A stretch of 64,000 nucleotides of DNA from positions 32,001 to 96,000 of the IMG/VR virus record IMGVR_UViG_3300044973_000253; one strand, written 5' to 3'. The translations under genes and the position numbers were made by a program. The DNA is from a virus (lineage: Duplodnaviria > Caudoviricetes). Positions 9,334-20,600 of this stretch are shown one piece after another. The first letter of the stretch is position 1, and each line of letters begins with the position of its first letter. The notes below the pieces were generated by a model. The model ran no database searches. It saw only the letters and a list, made by a program, of their open reading frames with translations, and was not told the origin of the DNA.

Positions 9334-9810
9334 TTACATTATTTCAGAAACGGAATCTTTCGTATGCGTTTCCTTCAAATCATTATTGGGTTCCTCTTCA
9401 TCTGAATCAATATCGGCAATATCTACATTGTCAATATCCATCATTGATGTGTTATTGCTGGGAAATTCAAAAGTCAGCGTCTGTAGCTCATCCAAACTTT
9501 TGGTGCTGAATATGTGTTCAAGTTCTTTTACCTTTGCTGCGAACATATCCCTTTTCTTCATTATCTCAATACTTCTGTTTATTGTATCAACAATGAATGT
9601 GGTCAGCTTGTCAAGTCCATATTTCTTTGGAATGGAATACAAAAATCCTCCATTTTCTCCCTGAACTTCCGAAACTGAAATTATATTGTTTTTGTCACTA
9701 TATGCTTTTATTGCTGATGGAAATACCATGTGTACCACATATTTGTCTGGCAAATATCCTACATTTCTAAGATAGGAAACATACGTTCCCATTTTATCCT
9801 CTATACTCAT
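9334..9810 (-). CDS. hypothetical protein
   Basis: 158-aa ORF with a coiled-coil (KVKELEHIF) and an acidic tail. Confidence 0.75.
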   Translation of the reverse strand: MSIEDKMGTYVSYLRNVGYLPDKYVVHMVFPSAIKAYSDKNNIISVSEVQGENGGFLYSIPKKYGLDKLTTFIVDTINRSIEIMKKRDMFAAKVKELEHIFSTKSLDELQTLTFEFPSNNTSMMDIDNVDIADIDSDEEEPNNDLKETHTKDSVSEIM

Positions 9811-9876
9811 TATATAATCTGGTTTATTAAAAAATAAAAAATATTATCTATTTATCTATAAATAAATAAACAAAAA

Positions 9877-9993
9877 ATGTGTAATTGTACCAAAAATAAA
9901 CCAAAAAGTGCATCCAACTCGATAGTCAAAAGACCAAATACCGCATCAGTACGAAAGATAGTTGGAAGACGTGTTGTGAGAACCATTAAATAA
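9877..9993 (+). CDS. small basic 38-aa protein (MCNCTKNK...)
   Basis: Fills the intergenic gap. Preceded by TATTTAT (9849-9855) and an A-rich 5' UTR, and followed by a bidirectional terminator. Confidence 0.6.
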   Translation: MCNCTKNKPKSASNSIVKRPNTASVRKIVGRRVVRTIK

Positions 9994-9997
9994 AACA

Positions 9998-10036
9998 AAA
10001 AAAAAACGAACCTTGATTGAACAAGATTCGTTTTTT
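9998..10036. terminator. bidirectional intrinsic terminator
   Basis: A-run-CGAAcCTTG..CAAGaTTCG-T-run, between convergent genes. Confidence 0.75.
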
Positions 10037-10059
10037 ATATTTAGAAAGAATATGAAATA

Positions 10060-10908
10060 TCAAATATTGTAATTGTTCATATTCACTCTTTCGTTTTTAT
10101 ACATTTTAATAATAGGATTCTTATCGTCCCCCATCAATTCGGAAGATATGCTTTCTTTCGTAAAATTAGGACTTTGCACGACCATTCTGCAATCGCATAT
10201 ACATCTTTTCAACTTGTCGATATCCTTGACTCCCGACTGCTTGCTAAGATAATAATCTGGAACCATAAATTTGTTCTTCTGATTATAATATACATGCTCC
10301 ATTCCTTTTCTTGAAAGAGAGTAACATGTTGACAAACACATTCTTACATCATCCATATCGGCATAATACTTGCTTACCATTGGCATTTCCTTTGCAGAAT
10401 CAGCATAGTTTACAAGACAGTTGTCAAACATCACAATATCCTGATTGATAGGAAGATCGTCTATCAAATCAAAAACCATTTTCTTGTCGTTCATAAAACT
10501 GGCATCATCCTCCACGATAAGTATTCTTTCATAATTTTCATACAGGGCCTTTTCGATACAGTTAAAATGAGCCTTGGCCTTTCTGTAAAGATCTATATTC
10601 GGAAACTTGTCTTTGTCTACATTGTAGTTATCCACATCCAATACAGACGGATATATACGCTCAACCGAGAAATTGTCTGTAATACCCAATCTATGGAATT
10701 CGGACATAATATGATTTAGCCTATCATTATTCTTGTAATAATTGATACAATATATATGGTCAAATCGTTTCCAATCAATAGGCTTATCAGTGTTTTCTGC
10801 CGTATTATTCACCTCCTCTACAGGTTTTGAGTTGTTTTCCTGTACTGGTTCTTCATTTGTGGACTCGCTTTTATACGAATCGTTTTTCTTGCTTTGAAAC
10901 TTTGTCAT
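10060..10908 (-). CDS. glycosyltransferase family 25-like
   Basis: FDHIYCINY..R, H..CIEKA..YERILIVEDDA and CYSLSRKG motifs. Confidence 0.75.
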   Translation of the reverse strand: MTKFQSKKNDSYKSESTNEEPVQENNSKPVEEVNNTAENTDKPIDWKRFDHIYCINYYKNNDRLNHIMSEFHRLGITDNFSVERIYPSVLDVDNYNVDKDKFPNIDLYRKAKAHFNCIEKALYENYERILIVEDDASFMNDKKMVFDLIDDLPINQDIVMFDNCLVNYADSAKEMPMVSKYYADMDDVRMCLSTCYSLSRKGMEHVYYNQKNKFMVPDYYLSKQSGVKDIDKLKRCICDCRMVVQSPNFTKESISSELMGDDKNPIIKMYKNERVNMNNYNI

Positions 10909-10915
10909 ACTTATT

Positions 10916-11446
10916 TTAATTTATTTGCAGAGGAATAACATATTTTGATATATTTCGTATATCCTCTATTTTTGCCTTGAATATCAAGTCTTTTCTTCCT
11001 TTTCTCTGATATAATTCATAACAATTAGAAGGAATGGAATCTTTCACCAACGACTTGTTAACCTTTTCGTCATACATTGATACGAGGGCTGTTCTGTCAA
11101 CATACAAGATATCCTTGTCGGTCACAAATGATATATATTTCGCTTGCCCATATATCCATCCGTTTCTTCCAGTCACGTTCTGAACTTCAATCCATGTAAC
11201 ATCACAACTGTATTTTGAATCAGAACGAGAGTTTTTTCTTCTTCCCTTCACATCAAATCCAACCTTATATTCAGAATTTTCAGCAGGAGACCAAAAAAAA
11301 TCGATATGGGAATAACAATCCTCATTTTTTGTGGAATGGAAAGCATAACCTCCAAAAACTCTCATGGTTGATTCCATAACCATATCCTCATCTTTTATTC
11401 CCTCCTGATAAAAATTCTGAACCGTATTAGAAAAACTCATTATCAA
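10916..11446 (-). CDS. PD-(D/E)XK-family nuclease-like protein
   Basis: HIDFFW...FDVKG and WIEVQNV.G..GWIYG motifs. Confidence 0.6.
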   Translation of the reverse strand: MIMSFSNTVQNFYQEGIKDEDMVMESTMRVFGGYAFHSTKNEDCYSHIDFFWSPAENSEYKVGFDVKGRRKNSRSDSKYSCDVTWIEVQNVTGRNGWIYGQAKYISFVTDKDILYVDRTALVSMYDEKVNKSLVKDSIPSNCYELYQRKGRKDLIFKAKIEDIRNISKYVIPLQIN

Positions 11447-11536
11447 TAAAAAATTGTTTTATTGATAAAAAATAAACATTATCCATCTATTTTACGCAAA
11501 AACGGAGAAGAATTTTAAAGTTCCCCTCCATTTTTA

Positions 11537-11917
11537 TCATTTTTTGCTAAAAATCATATCGTCATCACGGGCAATATATGTACCCTCCGATATCCCTCCC
11601 TTGGCGGAGAATTGATGAATTATGCACTCTATGGAGTACAGATTGTCTTTGATATAAGAGAAAGTCTCCATCATGGTAGATTCTATTTCCTTTGGATATG
11701 ATACTGTCCCGTCAGGATTTAAAATTTCCTTATCCTTATAACCAAGAAGCAATGCCATATCGGACATCAATCTGCTTGAAAATAAAAGGGCATCAGAATC
11801 CACTACGATGACAGAACGTGTAAGTTCCTCATTATCATCAACAGTTTCCTTGTGCTGGATATTAAAAGCTCCTATGGCTTTGATAATATCTTTTGTAATA
11901 TTTATCTTTATCAACAT
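11537..11917 (-). CDS. hypothetical protein
   Basis: 126-aa ORF. Confidence 0.7.
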   Translation of the reverse strand: MLIKINITKDIIKAIGAFNIQHKETVDDNEELTRSVIVVDSDALLFSSRLMSDMALLLGYKDKEILNPDGTVSYPKEIESTMMETFSYIKDNLYSIECIIHQFSAKGGISEGTYIARDDDMIFSKK

Positions 11918-11925
11918 GTTTTATT

Positions 11926-12174
11926 TTATTCGTTAGGTAAAAAAGGATGTTCTCTTAAATTGTATGGTGTCTTTCCCTGTTTAATCTCCTCCTCTGCTTT
12001 CAGTACTATCTGTTTGATAAGTGATTGGAAAGAGGGTTCAACCGTATAACCATCTACGGAAGCTATGTTTCTGAATACAACAATAGTCATTCCCTTTTTT
12101 AATGTCCCGAACGGAGTTTCCAAATCACGGACCACTATAAATCGGTGATTATCAATCTCTTTTTCTTTACTCAT
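11926..12174 (-). CDS. hypothetical protein
   Basis: 82-aa ORF. Confidence 0.7.
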   Translation of the reverse strand: MSKEKEIDNHRFIVVRDLETPFGTLKKGMTIVVFRNIASVDGYTVEPSFQSLIKQIVLKAEEEIKQGKTPYNLREHPFLPNE

Positions 12175-12191
12175 ATTTATTTATTTTTTAT

Positions 12192-12740
12192 TTAATAATT
12201 CAATATCAAATTGATTCCTACTGAAATGAAGATAAATGAAAATGCCCACATTTCCGCCCAGAATGTTTTTGTCCTTGGATTGTCATTCTGCATGTTGTAA
12301 ACAAGAATTATTGTTAATGCAAGCACGCTGGCTATATTAAGAATACCAGAACAGCCAATCAGACCATACATGCTGATATACTGCAAGAAAGCCCATAAAG
12401 TACCACATACCGCTGCCAGCCATGCACCAACCACATGGCCAAAATGGGTAAAAGGATTATGAAATACAGGAGCTGCTCCGACAAGAGCCAATCCAGCAGC
12501 TGAAAAAAAAGCAAGAAACTGAATACTTTCATTTGAATATTCCAGCCATACGGGCAATATTGTAAATGATGTTGTCCATAATACAAGTGTAAACAGATAC
12601 GGAACAAGTTTATATTCCGAATATGCTTTTTTCAGCAAATAGAAACTATCAGACAATGAAGACGGAACTCCAAATCTGATTGTTATCGCAATAACGTATA
12701 TAAGGAACGTTGCCAAACCTATAATAAAAGCGGTTATCAT
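12192..12740 (-). CDS. multi-pass membrane protein
   Basis: About 6 hydrophobic segments; GVPSSLSDSFY motif. Confidence 0.75.
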   Translation of the reverse strand: MITAFIIGLATFLIYVIAITIRFGVPSSLSDSFYLLKKAYSEYKLVPYLFTLVLWTTSFTILPVWLEYSNESIQFLAFFSAAGLALVGAAPVFHNPFTHFGHVVGAWLAAVCGTLWAFLQYISMYGLIGCSGILNIASVLALTIILVYNMQNDNPRTKTFWAEMWAFSFIFISVGINLILNY

Positions 12741-12752
12741 TGTTATTAATTT

Positions 12753-14453
12753 TTATTTTTCTATAATTTTTCGTATTGACGGAGTGACATCATCCAAAGG
12801 AACAAGCGTATAATTGCCATCTCCCCCCAAATGCACAAGCCTTCTGGCAATAACCTTTAATCCTATATTCTCCAATGGAATCTGATAACAACTCTGCTGA
12901 ATAGTATATAATCCTAATGGCTCATCATAATATTGTCCGAAAGGATTAAGCAATACAGTTGATCTGTTCCTTGAATAATCATTCAACAACGTCTTATTTG
13001 TATTGTGGGTGACTATGAAATCATATCCAGCCAAATAAGTGTGAGTATCACTGTCAACCTCTATGCATCTTGTAGGAACAGATTTACAATTGTCTATTCC
13101 ATCAATATATACATATTCTTTTGTGTCCTTATCATAATCCAATACAAAAGAAACAATATCCGTTTTGGAATTTATATCACATGATATGCCAAGCGAAGAA
13201 ATCAATGATATGATATTTTTTCTTAACAGTTTTGTTTTAAATATGACTTTGACATTCCGTTTACCATCCGTATTCTCTGAATCCTCAAAATAATCAAAAT
13301 ATGTATTCGCAATATTGCAATCTGTAATATGATTCAATATTTCTATTTTTTTTGATCTGTCCATCAATCCCATATTGAAAATAGGAATATCATCACTATC
13401 AAAAAATACATATCTATTCTTTAAAAAATCCTTTTTCTTGTTGGTTAATCTACTTCCCTTGCAAAAAAACAGAAAATCCCAAAAGTTCATATAAACAGCA
13501 GGCAAACTTCCATTAGCTATACTGGTCTCTATTTTATCCACACTATTACATATTGATATCTTTGGAAAATCTGGTCGGTAATATTTATGTTCATTCATAT
13601 AATCCTTTAATTCAGAAGTGGTTTTAACCTGCTCTTCATCATTTATATAAACAAGCCATCTATGGTCCGAATCAGCCACAATTGAATGTCCATTGCTAAA
13701 ATATAATTTCATACATGGATTATGGTGAATTTCGGACACATGTTTTATTTTTGTCCATTTTCCTTTCTTATCAAGAACCTTGTCTGCCGTGGATATATCA
13801 CCCATTTTCATCCAACCGCTATCTGTCATTATAGGAGTATCAACAGGAAGTCCCTTGTAATCAAATATGCAGAATCCATCTTTGCTTTCATCTGCCTCGT
13901 TATGATAATACAATAACAAATCGAATGTTCCAGCATAATTCACATCTGTTGTCTTGCTAAATTCTCCGACTCCTGTATATACAGAAGTCTCTGCCAATAC
14001 AAAATGCAAATCTGGTATCATATTATCCCAGAATTTTCTGGCTGCCTGTTCTTTTAATGACAAAACAGAATCATCAATGATAGGTTCCAATCTTCCGTTA
14101 ATAAGTTGATTTTTAGCACTTTCGCATATTTTGTCGGGTTGATTATCCTTATACCATGCTATGCTTTCTGCAAATTCATGAACCTGTGTACCCATATTAC
14201 AGGCATCATCCGCTAATTCTTTCCACTTTTGAGTCCAATATGGTCCGTCAAATCCATGTTTTATGGCATAGCGTTTGGCTATCTCATCAAAATTAGCATA
14301 GGGTTTATAATTATGTGTGAAATTTGACACGCAATCATATTCTTTTCCGTTGACAAAATATTGATGCGTATCCTCCTTAAATTGCAAACCATTAAAAGTG
14401 GAATGTATCTTTTCCCTTGCTTCTTCTATGATTTTCTTATAATTATCGGACAT
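12753..14453 (-). CDS. PD-(D/E)XK exonuclease (Cas4/RecB-like) containing an intein
   Basis: GTQVHEFAE, E..VY and AGTFDLL motifs; the IFDYK|TNK motif is interrupted by a Hint domain; Y.IQQSCY follows. Confidence 0.85.
   Translation of the reverse strand: MSDNYKKIIEEAREKIHSTFNGLQFKEDTHQYFVNGKEYDCVSNFTHNYKPYANFDEIAKRYAIKHGFDGPYWTQKWKELADDACNMGTQVHEFAESIAWYKDNQPDKICESAKNQLINGRLEPIIDDSVLSLKEQAARKFWDNMIPDLHFVLAETSVYTGVGEFSKTTDVNYAGTFDLLLYYHNEADESKDGFCIFDYKGLPVDTPIMTDSGWMKMGDISTADKVLDKKGKWTKIKHVSEIHHNPCMKLYFSNGHSIVADSDHRWLVYINDEEQVKTTSELKDYMNEHKYYRPDFPKISICNSVDKIETSIANGSLPAVYMNFWDFLFFCKGSRLTNKKKDFLKNRYVFFDSDDIPIFNMGLMDRSKKIEILNHITDCNIANTYFDYFEDSENTDGKRNVKVIFKTKLLRKNIISLISSLGISCDINSKTDIVSFVLDYDKDTKEYVYIDGIDNCKSVPTRCIEVDSDTHTYLAGYDFIVTHNTNKTLLNDYSRNRSTVLLNPFGQYYDEPLGLYTIQQSCYQIPLENIGLKVIARRLVHLGGDGNYTLVPLDDVTPSIRKIIEK
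13002..13853 (-). mobile_element. class-3-type intein (284 aa, Gly1, W-C-T signature, ends HN/T+1)
   Basis: Starts GLPVDTPIMT; block B DSDHRW; block F TRCIEV; block G IVTHN followed by Thr. Confidence 0.85.
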
Positions 14454-14484
14454 ATATTATCATATTATTTATTATAATCATTCG

Positions 14485-14492
14485 CAAAGATA
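14485..14492 (-). promoter_or_regulatory. host-type -7 box
   Basis: TATCTTTG about 30 nt upstream of ATG 14453. Confidence 0.55.
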
Positions 14493-14507
14493 TAATAATA
14501 TTTTCAA

Positions 14508-17500
14508 TTATACAACTTTAACCGCATAATTATTTTTTCCATCCATAACATTTCTGAATGTGGCATATTGAGTATCTGTTCCAGTATAATATGAACTTGC
14601 TTTCAATCTATCATACAAAGCCTGCAGAATATAAATATCAAATTCTTTAAGACCTGTTCTGTCCTGAACACTATTCATCATATAAACCATCGAATCCACC
14701 ATTTTATCAGAATATTTATAACATGTTCTGAAATCTATATAATAATTTGTAAGACCTGAATAACCAAGGTTTGAAATCTTGAATGATTCCAATGAATTGC
14801 AGTTACGGAACATAGCTTCCACGTGTTTTGTTTGGTTCATATTAATCACAACATCTCCTGTTAAAGCAGAACAATTATAAAACATGTCATTTGCGTTAAT
14901 TATATTTTGCATGTTATTTTTAGATCCCAAAGTTATTAAAGAAGAACATCCCTCAAACATGGAATGTGCATCTTCTACTTTTTCAAACGTTACAGTATCA
15001 TTCAATTCCGTCAACGAGGAACAACTGAAAAACATTGTATTCGCACTTATAACAGAATCAAATGAAGCATTAGATATAGAGTTTAATGAATTACATTTAT
15101 AAAAAAGAGCTTCGGCATTAGTCATGCCTGTAAACTTCCAATCCTTTGGTATACGAATCAGATTGGTCATCTCATCAAACATATAATGTCCATCTAAAAT
15201 ATAATCAGTGGATGTCCATTGAGTGTTATCAAAAGAAGTGATAGCACTACAATACATAAACATACTTTCAGTAGATATTATATTATTAGGACCAAAATCA
15301 TCTGGAAGTTTGGATAAAGAATGGCATCCTTCAAACATTTTTTCCGCATACTTCAATCCTTTAAAAGATATATTATCAGATAAAGTATTCAAAGATGTAT
15401 CATATAAAAACATACTGGATGCACTAATGACACTATCATAATTATAATTGCTTGTCATTGATGGAAGATTCATACAACCAGCAAACATTAACTCCGTACA
15501 AAGAGCCTTATCTACATTTAATTCTGGTGTGATATAAGATAAAGATGGACATCCTTCTGCAAAAGCATAAAAATCCTTTTGATTGGACGTGTCTATTTTT
15601 AATATTTTTTGTAATGATACCATTCTTTGTACATATATATTCCCCTCCAATCTAATCTGAAAATTATCCATAGGAGAATCTAAAAAATACAAATAATCCA
15701 CAGGAGTTAATATATCATACGTTGATTGTGTAGATACAAAAGCATCCTGATATGTCCTAAGCCATTTATAATCGTTTTTTTGATATGTCGGATTACTTCC
15801 AGATCTCAATTCTTGTTTTCTTAATCTCAAAGTATTATCATCATAAGAAGTACCAAAATCCACAAGATAAGCATTTTCATCCGTTTTACTTGAATAAGAT
15901 GAATATCTAACACCAAATTCTAAATGTAACAAATACTTTGTATATTTTTTTTCAACGGCATTTACATTCCCCAATGAAGCTGTATTGCTTTTGTTATATA
16001 ATGTGGTATTTGATGATAAATCAATAATAACATTATTAATAGAACTTTCATAAAATGACGTATTTCTCAACGATGAAGTATTAAAAATAACCGCACTTTG
16101 ATTATCATAATTTCCACTTACGGCAGCAGTTGAAGATAACAATGTCGCAATTCCAGCACTATCCATTATTTTCATACTCCCGTCTTTTGATGTAGTATTA
16201 TATCCAAGATTTGAGCTATCAGCATACATAAAAGATATATTACTGTATCCAGAGCATACAGCTGATATTCCATTGTTTCCTATACTATCAGGCATGGAAG
16301 TAAGGTTCACATCTGGAACTGGAACGTTGGTATCCATACTGTATTTTATACTGAAAGAATCATTAACCGCAGTTCCATCATAAGTTTTGTAATCACCCGT
16401 ATTTGTAATAAATCCAGACAACACACTAATTGTAAAATAAGATATGTTGCTATAATAAGAAGTAATAGAATCACTATCAACATTTATATTAAAAGTCCCA
16501 TTATTTTCTTGGGGATAATTAAATTTAATATAATTTGATATATCATATTGATTGTTGGAACTATCATACAAAGTGGCCGTCACTTTGTTCCCATCAAAAG
16601 ATGTGTAATATCCATCACTCCATATATTTGACACTGTAGCAGAAATAAGATTGCTATCTGTATATATATTATTGAATGTCGGTTTGGGCACAGGATACAA
16701 TATAGGATAACTCAAAGTGTCATCAAATTTATCACTGAACATGGTCTCCCCCCAATAGACATCGCTACCGACCATATAATTCCAAAAGTAGCCTCTTAAT
16801 ATGGATAGTTCTCCCGTAAATTCATTTCTTTCGGTTTCCTTGTTATATCCAATAAATTCAGATTCCTTACCAACATAACTAAAAAGCATGGTAAAATAGG
16901 AATATCCTTCTTCTGAATGTTCCTCTTCATTGATTATATAGGGATGAATAGTGTTACCACTGTTTGTTATTGATATCGAAGAAGGCATTTCATCTGATTC
17001 TGAAGTATAATACAATGTCTCTCCTGTTTCATTACTTTTATAATCCGTTATTTTGAATGTTATGGTTAACGTTTTAGCGGTAACGTTCAACACCTGATTG
17101 TAAAGGCTTATTTTTGGCTTTGGTCCTGTCGTTACAGTCATTACATATTCATCGTTTGGAATAGGATTGGTACTGTACCTTGCTCCATCTCCCGTATTAT
17201 AGCAAGCTCCTGATTCAACCACAAAAGAATACGAGGTGTCGGCCTGAATGCTTGAATCATCAAACGATATCCCTTGATAAGACTTATCACCTCCCGTTCC
17301 TAATATCTTTAAATCTGCAGAATAATGAATTTTACTGCTATCTACAATGCTACTCTCATAAGGATGACTTCCAAAACTACCGTCTACAAAGTTTTTAATT
17401 ACTTTTAACAAAATGGAATGAGAACTTGTGTTTCCAGAAAATACAGGTTTTGGAGCATCGGGAAGAATGGTATATATATATTCATAATATTCATTCCCCT

Positions 17501-17666
17501 CTTCTCCCTCACAACCTATACCATCTCCTCTCCATAAGAAAGAATCTGCAGGCACTTTGACTTTATATGTTCCTGGCTCTCCTGGAACTTCATTTCCGTC
17601 TGCATCATACCACTTTACAATTATCTTTCCAGTGGTCTTGTCGTATGTCGCTTTATAATTCAACAT
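14508..17666 (-). CDS. putative virion surface protein with C-terminal DUF285/BspA-like repeats
   Basis: ~25-aa repeats of the form ..A..MF..C..L..; beta-rich S/T/N/Y N-terminal part. Confidence 0.75.
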   Translation of the reverse strand: MLNYKATYDKTTGKIIVKWYDADGNEVPGEPGTYKVKVPADSFLWRGDGIGCEGEEGNEYYEYIYTILPDAPKPVFSGNTSSHSILLKVIKNFVDGSFGSHPYESSIVDSSKIHYSADLKILGTGGDKSYQGISFDDSSIQADTSYSFVVESGACYNTGDGARYSTNPIPNDEYVMTVTTGPKPKISLYNQVLNVTAKTLTITFKITDYKSNETGETLYYTSESDEMPSSISITNSGNTIHPYIINEEEHSEEGYSYFTMLFSYVGKESEFIGYNKETERNEFTGELSILRGYFWNYMVGSDVYWGETMFSDKFDDTLSYPILYPVPKPTFNNIYTDSNLISATVSNIWSDGYYTSFDGNKVTATLYDSSNNQYDISNYIKFNYPQENNGTFNINVDSDSITSYYSNISYFTISVLSGFITNTGDYKTYDGTAVNDSFSIKYSMDTNVPVPDVNLTSMPDSIGNNGISAVCSGYSNISFMYADSSNLGYNTTSKDGSMKIMDSAGIATLLSSTAAVSGNYDNQSAVIFNTSSLRNTSFYESSINNVIIDLSSNTTLYNKSNTASLGNVNAVEKKYTKYLLHLEFGVRYSSYSSKTDENAYLVDFGTSYDDNTLRLRKQELRSGSNPTYQKNDYKWLRTYQDAFVSTQSTYDILTPVDYLYFLDSPMDNFQIRLEGNIYVQRMVSLQKILKIDTSNQKDFYAFAEGCPSLSYITPELNVDKALCTELMFAGCMNLPSMTSNYNYDSVISASSMFLYDTSLNTLSDNISFKGLKYAEKMFEGCHSLSKLPDDFGPNNIISTESMFMYCSAITSFDNTQWTSTDYILDGHYMFDEMTNLIRIPKDWKFTGMTNAEALFYKCNSLNSISNASFDSVISANTMFFSCSSLTELNDTVTFEKVEDAHSMFEGCSSLITLGSKNNMQNIINANDMFYNCSALTGDVVINMNQTKHVEAMFRNCNSLESFKISNLGYSGLTNYYIDFRTCYKYSDKMVDSMVYMMNSVQDRTGLKEFDIYILQALYDRLKASSYYTGTDTQYATFRNVMDGKNNYAVKVV

Positions 17667-17688
17667 TACAAATTCATTTTATAATTAA

Positions 17689-20600
17689 TTATTGTGCTAC
17701 TACCTTATAGTGATTTTGACTGTTCATTACACTTCTAAATGTATCATATTGTGTATCTGTACCTGTATAGTACGTTGATGCTTTCAAAGCGTTATACAAA
17801 GCAGTGGTTATCTTAAACGTATAATCATAAGTTGCGGATGAACGATCATATACATTGTTCATGGTATAAACCATGGAAGCAATCATTGTTTCTGATACGG
17901 AGGTACAAGATGTAAAATCCTGATAACTAAATTTTTCAATTTGTGCAATATTTCCTATTCCTTTAAATTTAAAATCCTCCAAATTAGTACATCCGCTTAC
18001 CATATCATGATAAGAGGAGGCATTGGAAACATTTATAAGAGGAATTGATATCAGAGCGGCACATCCTCTAAATATACCACCACATTGATATAGATTGTCT
18101 GGATTAAACGAAGTAGGAATCTTTATTAAAGAATTGTCCATTACAAACATAGAATCAGCATTTGTTATATTTTTACCAGATAAATTAGCAGGTAAATGAA
18201 CTAATTTAGAGCAGCCTCCAAACATACTTGCCGCATTAACTATTTTATCAAAAGTAATCGTATCTGGGAATGATACCAAAGATGTGTCTCCGCTGAACAT
18301 TTCCGCACCATCGGTAGCATCTATAAACGTACAAGATGACGTTATATTAGTTAAAGCGGTACAGAACATAAATGTAGCCCTAAAACTTGTAACGTGTTCA
18401 AAAGAAGAATTAATGGTAGTCAAATTATTCTGATTTACAAAAGAATAAGACATATCATCTATTTTGCTTGTATTCAAATGATTAACAGAAACAATATTCC
18501 AAGAATCCCCCTCATTCTCTTGATTTCCAGAAAATGATGTAATATTATCAGCAGCTGGAGTTAATGCAAAATACTTATCACCAGTAACAGACGTTTTAAC
18601 TCCGTTGATATACAAACTGTTTCCTGTACTACCATCTACAAAAGATATATCTGTTATGTTATACATATCAGACGTTTCCGAACTTTCCATATAAGCATCT
18701 CCGCTATAAGATCCTCCAGTTGTAGGATGATTGAATGTTCCTTTTTTATCTATTGTAAACGACAGGCAATCGGCAGATCCTATATTATCCAAAGTAAATG
18801 AAATGCTTTCATTGCTTTTTATAATAATATTTGATGATCCTGTTATAATATTTCCAAGTCTATCTGTAGCATAAACACTATCGGAATTGACCACCGTATT
18901 ATATTCATTTGAAGATGCTGAAATATTCACAGGTGTGGTATTAAAAGTGATACCTGTCAATTTGTTATAAAGGCCATCGGAATCCTTGACGGTGTTCATA
19001 ATCTCTATGTCTATTACGTTTCCGATAGACGGTTTAGGAGTCTGTTTCTTTGTATTGTCAAGTTTTTCCACTGTTATTCCGTCAGGATTTACAATGATAT
19101 GTCCACAATCAGGATCTACTATTTCAAGATTTCCGTCTCCATCTTTCTTGTATATATGTGTGGTATCAAAAACAACAGTAGAATTTCCTCCGTAATTTAT
19201 TCTGCATATACAAGTAGAAGGAACCAACTGCTGCAGATATTTGATAAGCACATCATCAATATATTTGTACCTTTCCAGATAGGATTTGGTATAAAGATTA
19301 AGTCCAGTCCTGAATGATATATCAAGAACTTTGGTGTTTATAATTCGTTCTGTATGATAATCCGTATCATCCGCAGAAGACACATAGCAGCTATTTGCGG
19401 AAGCAGCCACGTCTCTAATGGTCAATGTTTCACGTGGAACATTGTATAAATTATATACAGAAACAGAAGTATCCGTTGATTTTTTCTTGCCATACCTCCA
19501 TATATTTTCCTCTTTCGTTATATCAACGCTATCCGACAAACCGTATAAAGTGGTCGCACTTCCATTGATATAGTCATAGAAAGCGTTTATATATGGTTTA
19601 GACGGTTTATTCTTATACATATCTCCAAAGAAATGAATCTTTGAATCGACATATTCATTATAATTATCCCTTAAGTCAATAGTAACAGAAGAATCTGTAT
19701 CAAGATTGTCAAAACCGACTTTTGATAATGAATTTTCAAGTTCTATTTCATAAGGACTTATTCCATTATATCCATACATCTTGAAATTGAACAAATCATT
19801 ATTGATTGGATATTTGAATAATTGATTAAATCTTGATATATATTCATATCCTCCATCATACCCGTTTATTATATCGCTATGCGGATTGTTGGCCTTGAAA
19901 TAATTGTCTATTCTTGCTGCCCTTATGGCTTCTGGATCTGTGTTTTTGAGATGTTTCCAGCCTTCATTCCCAAGTATTGTGGAATATGTAATATCCTTAA
20001 TAAGAAAATAATGGGAATATACAGTGTCATCCTGCTTAAACACATCAAAAGTATTATCATTAACACTGTCATATAGGGTTATATCACAATTATAATTTCC
20101 ACTTGCATCATATAAAGAATCGCTGTTTATATTAAATGGAACCTTGACTTTGTCTCCGTTGACATAATCATATTTAAACAAAAACAATCTTATCTGATAT
20201 CCGTTATTATAATCATCAAGCTGTATTTCTCTTGTAAATGCCTCCTCTTTGGAATAATTGTCAATACAATAGTACATTGGATCACTTACATAGGTTGTAC
20301 CGCTATATACGACATCCCCAACTTTAATGGTATTATCAGCTTGAACATACAAATTGATATATGAACAGTCGTATGATTTTTTCTCTCCGTTAATTGTCAA
20401 TATCCATTTATCTGTATATATATCAAACATAATTCCATTCAAAATGACATAAGAATCCTTTAAATTTGATACTTCTACAATCTGTCCGTCAATCAGCGTA
20501 TTCGCATTGATATTAACCAAATCTGGAAGAAATCCTACTGCCAAAAAGTTTCTTACCGTTTCCGAATATAAACCTTTCATCTTTCCGTCTGTTCCCTCGT

